A stretch of DNA of 64,000 nt from a virus, in IMG/VR virus record IMGVR_UViG_3300042893_001581, positions 43,969-107,968 of that record. One strand, 5' to 3'. Made by a program: the position numbers and the translations under genes. The notes under the pieces were generated by a model. That model did no database searches and was not told where the DNA came from. It saw only the letters and a list, made by a program, of their open reading frames with translations. This document shows positions 55,841 to 64,000 of the stretch, one piece after another. How positions within the stretch are numbered: position 1 is the stretch's first letter; the number at the start of each line of letters is the position of its first letter.

Positions 55841-56826
55841 AATTTATTTAATATTTGATTCATATCACTTTTCCACTTATCTAAAGAATAGTGTTCATGA
55901 TAATTCTGTTTAGCTTCCTTACTACACTTATCATAGAAATTTTTATTGTCTCTTAAAGATATTGCTAATTGTCTAGCATAATTAATATCTGAAACATCTA
56001 CTGATAAATCTGGGTGGCATATATTTTGAGTATCAACTTCAGCATTTCCAATACAAGGAATTCCAAAATACGCACAGTTTAAACTAAAAGTACCTGCTGC
56101 AACTGTAGGCATAAGATGGACTGCATACTTAAAACTAGATAGTGCTTTCATCCAATCAGTCCAAAATAATCTTGGTAAATGTTTTATTCCATCTACCATC
56201 TCTTCCCCAATTCTTTTAGCATGAGATTCTTGAGCCCATATTTCTGTATCAAAATTATTTGCTATAATATAACTTTCAAAACCTCCATACCATCTTGCAA
56301 AGTTTCCACCAATTATAGTTTTATTATCTTTAATTGGATTTATATCTTTAACAAGATCATTTATCATTAAAGTTCGAATAGTATTTATTTCTTTATTAGG
56401 AAACAATCCCTTATAATAATTAATATCAGATAAATTATGACAAAATATAGAATCACAAGAGCTTATCATATTATAGTAGTAGATCTGATCTGGTATTTCA
56501 TAATCATTCCATAACCAATGGGGTCCTTCTTGTATAAAATGAACTTTTTTATTTGATTGTTTTAATCTACCTATAAGATCTATTCTTAGTAGGGGAGATA
56601 TTGGATTTTGTTTATCTATTAATTTTCCTCCTACCGCATTTAAATATACTTCCCCTTTTGGAAAAATAATGAATACATGATCATAATCTTTTATATCTTG
56701 AAACTTAGTTATGTTAAAATGATCTGCATTCAGAATATGCATCCAAGCAAACTCAGTTCTCATGTTAGGATAGTTGTCAGGTACCTTACCATGTAAAGGA
56801 AGTTCTGTAACAAAAGCTATTTTCAT
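55837..56826 (-). CDS. GT-B-like glycosyltransferase
   Basis: MKIAFV; GTFSLNCAYFGIPCIG C-terminal motif; cluster context. Confidence 0.6.
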   Translation of the reverse strand: MKIAFVTELPLHGKVPDNYPNMRTEFAWMHILNADHFNITKFQDIKDYDHVFIIFPKGEVYLNAVGGKLIDKQNPISPLLRIDLIGRLKQSNKKVHFIQEGPHWLWNDYEIPDQIYYYNMISSCDSIFCHNLSDINYYKGLFPNKEINTIRTLMINDLVKDINPIKDNKTIIGGNFARWYGGFESYIIANNFDTEIWAQESHAKRIGEEMVDGIKHLPRLFWTDWMKALSSFKYAVHLMPTVAAGTFSLNCAYFGIPCIGNAEVDTQNICHPDLSVDVSDINYARQLAISLRDNKNFYDKCSKEAKQNYHEHYSLDKWKSDMNQILNKL

Positions 56827-56860
56827 TTTCTAATATTTGAATAGGTCATTAATTTTTTAA

Positions 56861-57850
56861 TTAGAATACTTTATTTAGCTCAAACTTCCAATATTCAATC
56901 ATTTCATCTAGCATAGTTTCAAAAGTGTACTTAAATTGCCATCCTGTTGATTTAATTAATTTAGTAGCATCTCCTTTTAAATCATTAAGTTCTTCAGGTC
57001 TTAAATATTTTTCATCTATTTTTACATAATCTTGATAGTTCAATCCTAAATAAGTAAAAACATATTCACACAAATCTTTAACTGAATGAGAAATTCCTGT
57101 AGCGCAAACAAAATCATCTGGTTGTTCTAGTTGTAATATTCTCCACATTGCTTCAACATAATCTTTTGCATGGCCCCAATCTCTTGTTGCTTCTAAATTA
57201 CCTAATTTTAATTCATTAGATTGTCCATAATATATTCTAACAGCTTCTTTTACTACTTTATTTGTAACAAAATTAGTACCGCGCCTTGGAGATTCGTGGT
57301 TAAATAGAATTCCATTTGATACAAATAAATTATATGACTTCCTATAGTTTTTAGTGATATTGTATCCAAATAATTTAGCACATCCATAAGGAGATACTGG
57401 GTGCATTGGTGTAGATTCTCTTTGAAAACCATCTTGATCAATAGAATTACCAAACATTTCTGAAGATGATGCTTGATATACTTTAGCAGAAGGTAGAACT
57501 TCTTTAACTACTTCCATTAAATTTAATACTCCAATACCAGTAGCGTTAGCTGTATAAATAGGTTGATCAAATGATATTCTTACATGGGATTGAGCAGCTA
57601 AATTATAAATTTCATCTGGATTTATTTTATTCATTACTCTATACAGAGATGATATGTCAGTCATATCTGCATATTCTAGATTATTTTTTATTTTAGAATA
57701 TATTGTATTAAGTCTTGATGTTTGGTTTTCAGAAACAGAATTACGTTTTAATATTCCATATACATCATATCCTTTTTCTAAAAGAAATTCTGTTAGATAT
57801 GCACCATCTTGTCCATTAATACCGGTAATTAATGCTTTTTTATTACTCAT
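56861..57850 (-). CDS. gmd: GDP-mannose 4,6-dehydratase
   Basis: GINGQDGAYL, YNLAAQSHV, YQASSSE, SPYGCAK, GILFNHESPRRG..FVT, LGNL.A.RDWGHA. Confidence 0.95.
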   Translation of the reverse strand: MSNKKALITGINGQDGAYLTEFLLEKGYDVYGILKRNSVSENQTSRLNTIYSKIKNNLEYADMTDISSLYRVMNKINPDEIYNLAAQSHVRISFDQPIYTANATGIGVLNLMEVVKEVLPSAKVYQASSSEMFGNSIDQDGFQRESTPMHPVSPYGCAKLFGYNITKNYRKSYNLFVSNGILFNHESPRRGTNFVTNKVVKEAVRIYYGQSNELKLGNLEATRDWGHAKDYVEAMWRILQLEQPDDFVCATGISHSVKDLCEYVFTYLGLNYQDYVKIDEKYLRPEELNDLKGDATKLIKSTGWQFKYTFETMLDEMIEYWKFELNKVF

Positions 57851-59160
57851 AATTGATTAATAAATTTATCAAGGATAGTTTCTATATAATCAGTTTTTTC
57901 TTTATTGATTACTGGAGATGTTCCTAAAAAGAATGTATCAGTAGTAACCTTTCTTGCAATAGGAAACTTCTCAACAACTTCTTTTGGATCCATAAGTCCT
58001 TCATAAGCTGGTTGTAACATAATATTGCCAGCAAAGTAAGGTCTTGTTTGAACTTTATTTGCTTCAAAAAATTGACAAATATCAGATCTTTTAAATGGTA
58101 TATTGTCCTTTAATGTTACTGGGAATGCAAACCAATCTACATCAGCTCCTTGTTGTGCTTCATGTAAATGGAAATACTGCTCATACTTTTTAAAGGCATT
58201 AAATAGATTCTTATAGTTTTCTCTTCTTTTAATTCCTATCTCTTCTAACTTTTCCATTTGTACTAATCCAATTGATGCCTGAAGCTCAATAGGTTTTAAA
58301 TTATAACCTATCTCTTCATAAACATATTTGTGATCAAACAAATCATTTGGTAGCGATAGTAGCCATGTATTGAAGCGACAACCGCAAGATCCCTTCTCTA
58401 ATAGGTTTTGTTTACCTATACAATAACAACCACGTCCCCATTCTCTAAAGCTACGTATAATCCTTTCAGTGTTCTCATCTTTACATGCAACAAATCCGCC
58501 TTCAGCCATTGTCATATGATGTGCTGGATAGAATGAACAACTTGCTAATTCACCAAAGGATCCTAAAGGCTTACCTTCGTAGTATGATCCTAATGCATCA
58601 CAGCAGTCTTCTAATAAGATTAGTTTATACTTCTCAACAATCTCCATCAATCTATTCATATTAGGAGGGTTGCCAAGCACGTGTGCAAATGTAATAATCT
58701 TTGCGTCAGGATTATTTATACATGCTTGTTCTACTTGATCAAGATCTAGATTAAGAGTTTGTAGTTCGATGTCAACAAAGATAGGTGTAAATCCTACTTG
58801 TAGTATAGGATTAATAGTAGTAGGAAAACCAGCAATAGGAGTAATTACTTTTGTGCCTTTAGGTAAGTTACGGCCTCTTTTAGAAGTCATAGCTAACATC
58901 ATTAATAAGTTTGCACTAGATCCTGAATTAGCTAATAGTCCATATTGTTTACCAAACTTTTTAGGAAACTTTGTCTCAAACTTATTTGCATCAGCTCCTA
59001 ATACCAACCACTCAGTCAATAAACTTTTAACAGCGGCTACATATTCTTTAGAATCAAAATAAGGTCCTGCGTATTGAACCCAATCTTTTCCTGCTTCCCA
59101 TTTCTTCTCTGCATGTTTTTCTTTAATATACTTTTCTACTAGCTCTAATATCTCTTTCAT
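57847..59160 (-). CDS. ddhC: NDP-4-keto-6-deoxyglucose 3-dehydrase (E1, RfbH/DdhC)
   Basis: NSGSSANLL, EDCCDALGS, SFYPAHHMT (His replacing the aminotransferase Lys), WGRGCYC..C Fe-S motif, DHKYVY..IGYNLK. Confidence 0.85.
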   Translation of the reverse strand: MKEILELVEKYIKEKHAEKKWEAGKDWVQYAGPYFDSKEYVAAVKSLLTEWLVLGADANKFETKFPKKFGKQYGLLANSGSSANLLMMLAMTSKRGRNLPKGTKVITPIAGFPTTINPILQVGFTPIFVDIELQTLNLDLDQVEQACINNPDAKIITFAHVLGNPPNMNRLMEIVEKYKLILLEDCCDALGSYYEGKPLGSFGELASCSFYPAHHMTMAEGGFVACKDENTERIIRSFREWGRGCYCIGKQNLLEKGSCGCRFNTWLLSLPNDLFDHKYVYEEIGYNLKPIELQASIGLVQMEKLEEIGIKRRENYKNLFNAFKKYEQYFHLHEAQQGADVDWFAFPVTLKDNIPFKRSDICQFFEANKVQTRPYFAGNIMLQPAYEGLMDPKEVVEKFPIARKVTTDTFFLGTSPVINKEKTDYIETILDKFINQL

Positions 59161-59162
59161 AA

Positions 59163-59762
59163 CTATATTGTTTCGTATAAAGCGTTTTGTTTTTCTTGTC
59201 TTAATATATCTTTAGGATGAAATAAACAATATTCTTCTGATTGTGGTAGTACTGAATACTCTTGAAAACCATCTAGTCTTTCATGTACTTTATTTATCCA
59301 CTTGATATTATTCTTATTCCTCCATATCCTCCATTGATAATCTGGGAAATTAACCCAACCTTTATCATCAACTTTCCATCCCCATTTTTGAATATGCTGC
59401 TCAGTTAATTCTGATACCGTATTTATCCTAGGTACTAAAAATACATCAATTGTTTGATTGTATTCTAATATATCTGCCAAGTTAGCAATTAAATATGGAT
59501 GGGGATATTCATCTGCATCTATTTGAAAGATATAGTCTTTAGTACAATGCTTACTAAGGTTATTTTTAAATGACGCGAAGTCTTTATTAAGAGGGAACTC
59601 TATATAGTTTTTGGCAATGGTCCTAACTTTTTGAGTCGCATTAGAGTCTAATTGGATCACGATTTCATCTTCTTGACGTATATTATTACGTAGAACTTCT
59701 AATAGCAAGGATAGTTCTCTATGCTCGTTACATGCGGTTATAGCATAACTAATTGATGGCAT
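59163..59762 (-). CDS. GT2-family glycosyltransferase
   Basis: ISYAITACNE, DFASFKN, YIFQIDADE, PDYQ.RI, W..KVHE. Confidence 0.85.
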   Translation of the reverse strand: MPSISYAITACNEHRELSLLLEVLRNNIRQEDEIVIQLDSNATQKVRTIAKNYIEFPLNKDFASFKNNLSKHCTKDYIFQIDADEYPHPYLIANLADILEYNQTIDVFLVPRINTVSELTEQHIQKWGWKVDDKGWVNFPDYQWRIWRNKNNIKWINKVHERLDGFQEYSVLPQSEEYCLFHPKDILRQEKQNALYETI

Positions 59763-59767
59763 AACAT

Positions 59768-60214
59768 TTATTTTACATCAAAGAAGCCAATATAATCACA
59801 GGCTTCAAAATAATCTTTACCAAAACTTTTTAGTGTCTTAGAATCTGACTTATACTTCTTTCCTTTAAATTTAGGAAGTTCTTTATCTTCTTTAGTAAGC
59901 TTTATACTTTTTATAGAACTCCACTCCCATTCATCTTTTGAAGCACCGTTAGCAAATACAGTTCCTTTACCTTCTATGTTAATTACATTAGGATACCAAA
60001 CTCTACCTTCTTCATCAGTTTGTTTAATATCTCTGTAAAGTTCAGGAAGCTCATTCTCGTATTCTTCAAAGTTAAATTCACTTTCACGCATTAAATCATT
60101 TGTTTGAAAACCACAAGATAGACAAACGTAAGCTTTGTGAAATTCATTTACAGGCTGGGTGTAACAAGATTCAGGAGCTTTACATTTTGGGCAAGTTATT
60201 AAATTATCAGTCAT
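59768..60214 (-). CDS. zinc-ribbon protein
   Basis: CPKC...CLSCGF. Confidence 0.7.
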   Translation of the reverse strand: MTDNLITCPKCKAPESCYTQPVNEFHKAYVCLSCGFQTNDLMRESEFNFEEYENELPELYRDIKQTDEEGRVWYPNVINIEGKGTVFANGASKDEWEWSSIKSIKLTKEDKELPKFKGKKYKSDSKTLKSFGKDYFEACDYIGFFDVK

Positions 60215-60533
60215 TGAGTTGATGTTTAGTAGTATAAGTTACATTAGTGTTGTTAGGTAAATTAGTTGCTGTTGAATTACTAATCCCAGTATTTAAAACT
60301 CCAGTACTACCTGATATTAACCAACTTGGCGGTGTTCCATTAGGCGTAAAAAGATTAGTACCTGGTTTATTATACCAATCGTCTATTTCTACATCTATAC
60401 CTGGATTGTCATTATAATCTTGTACTTCATTCAATACTTCTTTAATACGATCCCATTGTTTTGGTGTAGGAGTAAAATCATTACACGCTTCTGTAAAACC
60501 TTTAAGCCATACTATAAATTCACTTGATGTCAT
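60207..60533 (-). CDS. hypothetical protein
   Basis: MTSSEFIVWLKGF...QWDRIKEVL. Confidence 0.75.
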   Translation of the reverse strand: MTSSEFIVWLKGFTEACNDFTPTPKQWDRIKEVLNEVQDYNDNPGIDVEIDDWYNKPGTNLFTPNGTPPSWLISGSTGVLNTGISNSTATNLPNNTNVTYTTKHQLND

Positions 60534-61837
60534 TAGTCTACTTTTTTGAGTTTAGGAAGTTCTATCTTCTTTAATTGAGGAAGTTGAATAGGAGTTTGTT
60601 TTGGAATTCTATCTAAGTAAGTAGCAAGTAAATTTTTCATTTCATCAAAACAAAATTTAGTTCTTGATATGTGAGATTGTCTTTTTGCAGTCTCTTCATA
60701 GTTAGAATACTTTTCATATACCTTTTTTAAATATGTACTTGCTTGATTGATATCAGGACTAAACCACATAGATTCTGCTAATATCATATTTTGTACTTGT
60801 GCCGATGGATGAACGTTCTTTAACTCTCCACCAACTAAACAACAGAACTCTTGATCAAGAAAATCTACATGTCCAGACCAACCAGATACTATGATTGGTT
60901 TTTTACTAAGTGTAAACTCTAATAATGGCCTACCAAATCCTTCACCTTTAGTTAGGTTGAACATCGCTTTAACTTTAGGATGATTGTAAAGATTATTAAT
61001 GTCTCTGTCATCTAATTCACCATGAAGTAAATAAACACTAGGTAAATCCCCATCAACCATACTTCTAATAGAATCAATTTTTTTAAGCATATCATCACGG
61101 TCCATTACGCTAGATCCAGCTCCAGATGTTTTCATTATTAATGCTGGCTTATTTTTCTTATCTTTAAATGTTTCAAAGAATGTTTTTAACATCAAGCTAG
61201 TATTCTTTCTATCTTCACCTAATTCTCCTTGAAGCCAATGTCCTACATATAGAAAACAAAACTCTTCTTTAATCTCATCTAGTTCAAGTACTACATCTGT
61301 TTCTTCAAGATCTTCATCTTCAATATGAAAGTACTTATTTAAATCTATTCCTTCAAATAAAACTTCAACAGGCTTTTCAAGTTTAACTACTCCAAGAATT
61401 TGATTTTGTTGATCTCTCTTTTCAAATGTAGATTGTTGAAATACTTTTTTAGAATGTTCTGAGGATACTAGAGTTACGTTCATTCTATTAACTCCCTCTA
61501 TCCAACTAGGATCACAAATTGTGGTTTCAATACCGGCAGTCAAACCTATATTGTATTTTCCAATAGGTTGGAATTCATTAGGTACAGTAATTTGAATCCA
61601 AACATCAGGTTGTCTTGGTAATTGGGGAACTTGTAGTACTAGAGGTTCTAACCAACTATATTCTTCTTTATTATCTTTAATATATCCCCAAGGAGTAACT
61701 CCCCAACGTTGAGATATGATTTTAATTTCATACTCATCTTTTTTTAATTCATATAAAGCTTTAACAAAATCTCTAGATCTAGCACCATAACCTGAATATG
61801 TGTCGATAGGACAACTAATTACGCACAACTGTTTCAT
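60533..61837 (-). CDS. GT4-like (GT-B) glycosyltransferase
   Basis: SGYG, FLYVG.W...RKN, KGEGFGRPLLE. Confidence 0.85.
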   Translation of the reverse strand: MKQLCVISCPIDTYSGYGARSRDFVKALYELKKDEYEIKIISQRWGVTPWGYIKDNKEEYSWLEPLVLQVPQLPRQPDVWIQITVPNEFQPIGKYNIGLTAGIETTICDPSWIEGVNRMNVTLVSSEHSKKVFQQSTFEKRDQQNQILGVVKLEKPVEVLFEGIDLNKYFHIEDEDLEETDVVLELDEIKEEFCFLYVGHWLQGELGEDRKNTSLMLKTFFETFKDKKNKPALIMKTSGAGSSVMDRDDMLKKIDSIRSMVDGDLPSVYLLHGELDDRDINNLYNHPKVKAMFNLTKGEGFGRPLLEFTLSKKPIIVSGWSGHVDFLDQEFCCLVGGELKNVHPSAQVQNMILAESMWFSPDINQASTYLKKVYEKYSNYEETAKRQSHISRTKFCFDEMKNLLATYLDRIPKQTPIQLPQLKKIELPKLKKVD

Positions 61838-61838
61838 A

Positions 61839-63281
61839 TTAATAAACTAAAGGGTGTACAATTTTTTTTCTTTCTAATTTTTCTGTCTTAATTAATTCAA
61901 ACTGCTTTTTAGGTTTGAATGTATCAATGCTTTGATTAATAGTAGATATAACATTATCGCACATGTGAGCTGCGCTCATCATAGACTCATCAGATAATAC
62001 CCATTCTCTAGCTGCCATACCTTTTCGGCTTCTTTCTTCCGGTGATAAGTTATAGCATTCTTCTATTGCTTTAGCAACATCTCTAAAATCACATCTATCA
62101 TCATAAATGTATGGAGTCGGTATAGATCCTACGATACTGATATTAGTAGGGAATACAGGCAATGCCCACTCTCCATGCTTTTTATATTTACCAAAATGAT
62201 TTGAACAGAATTTATCATCAAAATCAATCCACTTACCATTTTCATCTTCAAATCTCATTTGATCTTGCATACCGCCAGTAACATTGGCAATAATCATTTT
62301 GCCTGCCATCATAGATTCTGTTAGGGAAAGTCCCCAACCTTCATTAGATGATACTAATGCAGTTACATCAGACATATTGTAAAGTAAATTTACTTCCTCT
62401 GCATTAATTCTTGCATCTGAGAAATATACTTTTTGATATTCTGGATCACAGATTAATTCTACAACCGCATTTAAGTCTGTTCCATTTTCATCAGCTCTTT
62501 GAGTATGCATTAGTAATGCGCATTTGCTAGCTTTTTCTTTTCCTATTTTATCACAGAATACAGCATACGACGCAATCAAATCGGAAGTACACTTCCTTCT
62601 AATATTTCTGGCATTATAGAATACAACAAACTCAGGATTGAAATTACCAAATATTTCTTTCTTCTTTTTTTCTAGAGCCTCATTTTGAGGTTGCATAAAT
62701 TCAGTAATAGGATAGAATATTTTTTCATTAATTCCATGAGGAACATATTTAAGAATTTTTCCTTTTACATTTTCTCCTAAAACCATTTTATTGATATTAA
62801 GAGTTTGTTTAGAAATAGCCATTAATGTATCACAAGAATCATAGAACGATTTATTATACAATGGAGCAGGAAGATCATCCCAGATATTTAAGTATACCAT
62901 AGGAATCTTTTTTCTAATTTCACTTTCCATTTGAAATAACCAAACCCAGTATCTAGGATCTGTAAAGAACATAATAGCATCAGGATTTTCTACTTCTATT
63001 AACTGCCTAATCAATTCAGGACTTCCATATCCATTAGTAGGATAGATAAAAACTGATGAGTCATTTATACCCATAAGTTTATTGGTATCTGCTGATATAT
63101 CTAACTTCTTACCTTGATCAGGATGATTAATTGCACCACCTACATTTACCCAATTAAATACATGTGAACTTCCTACAACTATTTCTCTAGCCATTGTAGA
63201 AATACCGCTTGTCATTCTAATATCATCACAAAGAAAAAGAATCTTTTTTCTTTCTGATTGAGGGATATAACCATTTATCAT
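61839..63281 (-). CDS. GT4-like (GT-B) glycosyltransferase
   Basis: VPHGI, NARNIRRK, LYNMSD, NEGWGLSLTESM, TGGM. Confidence 0.85.
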   Translation of the reverse strand: MINGYIPQSERKKILFLCDDIRMTSGISTMAREIVVGSSHVFNWVNVGGAINHPDQGKKLDISADTNKLMGINDSSVFIYPTNGYGSPELIRQLIEVENPDAIMFFTDPRYWVWLFQMESEIRKKIPMVYLNIWDDLPAPLYNKSFYDSCDTLMAISKQTLNINKMVLGENVKGKILKYVPHGINEKIFYPITEFMQPQNEALEKKKKEIFGNFNPEFVVFYNARNIRRKCTSDLIASYAVFCDKIGKEKASKCALLMHTQRADENGTDLNAVVELICDPEYQKVYFSDARINAEEVNLLYNMSDVTALVSSNEGWGLSLTESMMAGKMIIANVTGGMQDQMRFEDENGKWIDFDDKFCSNHFGKYKKHGEWALPVFPTNISIVGSIPTPYIYDDRCDFRDVAKAIEECYNLSPEERSRKGMAAREWVLSDESMMSAAHMCDNVISTINQSIDTFKPKKQFELIKTEKLERKKIVHPLVY

Positions 63282-63288
63282 GTGTAAC

Positions 63289-63507
63289 TTATTTTATTGC
63301 TTCAATTAAAGTTGATCCTGTGTAATGTGTATTATATTGTTCGTGAATACTTTGTCTAAATTCTGAATCTGTAAGATACATAAACATAGCCCTTTCAACT
63401 ATATCTTGTAAATTTATTTTGGTTTTAACAGATGTTACTTTAAAGTCTTCGTATAGAGTTTCAGGTATTTTTACTGACGTTATAACTCTTTTTGATTTAC
63501 TTACCAT
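63289..63507 (-). CDS. ribbon-helix-helix-like DNA-binding protein
   Basis: VITSVKIPETLYEDFK...NLQDIVERAM..YL; start moved to 63507, 13 nt downstream of ATATTTAT 63521-63528. Confidence 0.6.
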   Translation of the reverse strand: MVSKSKRVITSVKIPETLYEDFKVTSVKTKINLQDIVERAMFMYLTDSEFRQSIHEQYNTHYTGSTLIEAIK

Positions 63508-63568
63508 ATATTCTTTTATAATAAATATACTAGAATATACAAATAAATATGTAAATAAAAAAATATTT

Positions 63569-64000
63569 TTATGGAGTTTTATTGCACAAGTCAGGCTTAT
63601 TTGTATAAGGACAGAACTTACAACTACTAATATTCTTTGAGTATGATCTTTCCTTATTATGTTTAGCATTAGGATTAAAACATTCCCTTATAAATTTAGA
63701 GAAGTCTTCAAATGCATCTTGCACTTTTTTCTTTCCATTAGCTGGTATAAACTCTTGAACTCTATATGTTGGATAGTCGGGATTAACAAATACTTTTCTT
63801 TTTACTATAAAGAATTTAACATCGATCTTTTCTTCTGGCACATTCATTGCCTTGGAATAAAACCTTTTATATAGAAGTATCTGATTGATCTTAGTCTGGT
63901 CTTTCTTTTCATAATCAGACCATCCTTTAGTTGATGTCTTTATATCATAGATAGTATACTTATCTACAGCTTTTTCATATATTATAAAGTCTATAGATCC
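63569..64000 (-). CDS. PD-(D/E)xK Cas4/RecB-like exonuclease, 5'-truncated
   Basis: Frame open to the window edge: GSIDF...IYDIKT...QILLY...CKFCPY...LC. Confidence 0.85.
   Translation of the reverse strand, partial: GSIDFIIYEKAVDKYTIYDIKTSTKGWSDYEKKDQTKINQILLYKRFYSKAMNVPEEKIDVKFFIVKRKVFVNPDYPTYRVQEFIPANGKKKVQDAFEDFSKFIRECFNPNAKHNKERSYSKNISSCKFCPYTNKPDLCNKTP

Noticed and set aside
42699-63281. Sugar cluster as host chromosome (prophage boundary or chimeric assembly)
   Set aside because: It is interleaved with phage-type small ORFs, shares the ATATTTAT motif at both ends, has no att site/integrase or export genes, and continues into a phage nuclease.

Overview
This is an AT-rich, gene-dense 64 kb segment of a large myovirus-type phage with a T4-like baseplate. 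The host is probably a Bacteroidota species, judged from TAnnTTT(G/A) -7 promoter boxes and SD-less A-rich translation starts. (1) 1-20 kb, + strand: a gp55-like late sigma factor and baseplate/tail genes. A tail-collar-like gene appears split in two by a cassette encoding a mucin-like Thr-rich domain and three glycosyltransferases. One of these resembles plant peptide-O-glycosyltransferases and another is fused to a lectin-like domain. (2) 20-42.7 kb, mostly - strand: small early/accessory genes and probable internal head proteins. Five copies of a ~160-bp promoter cassette each carry three 25-bp palindromes with IHF-consensus-like half-sites at a fixed distance from the -7 box. An HTH gene has a 3'UTR with a 12-nt perfect antisense match to the start-codon region of five early genes. 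The region also holds a degenerate tRNA-like RNA and a GC-rich non-coding island. (3) 42.7-63.3 kb, - strand: a ~20-gene sugar biosynthesis and glycosylation cluster (gmd, rmlB, ddhC, a ThDP YerE-like enzyme, an AroB-like cyclase, an aldolase, two O-methyltransferases and many GTs), next to a truncated Cas4/RecB-like nuclease. A candidate late promoter, ATATTTAT, precedes at least 13 genes. All protein calls come from motif recognition by eye; no database search was run.
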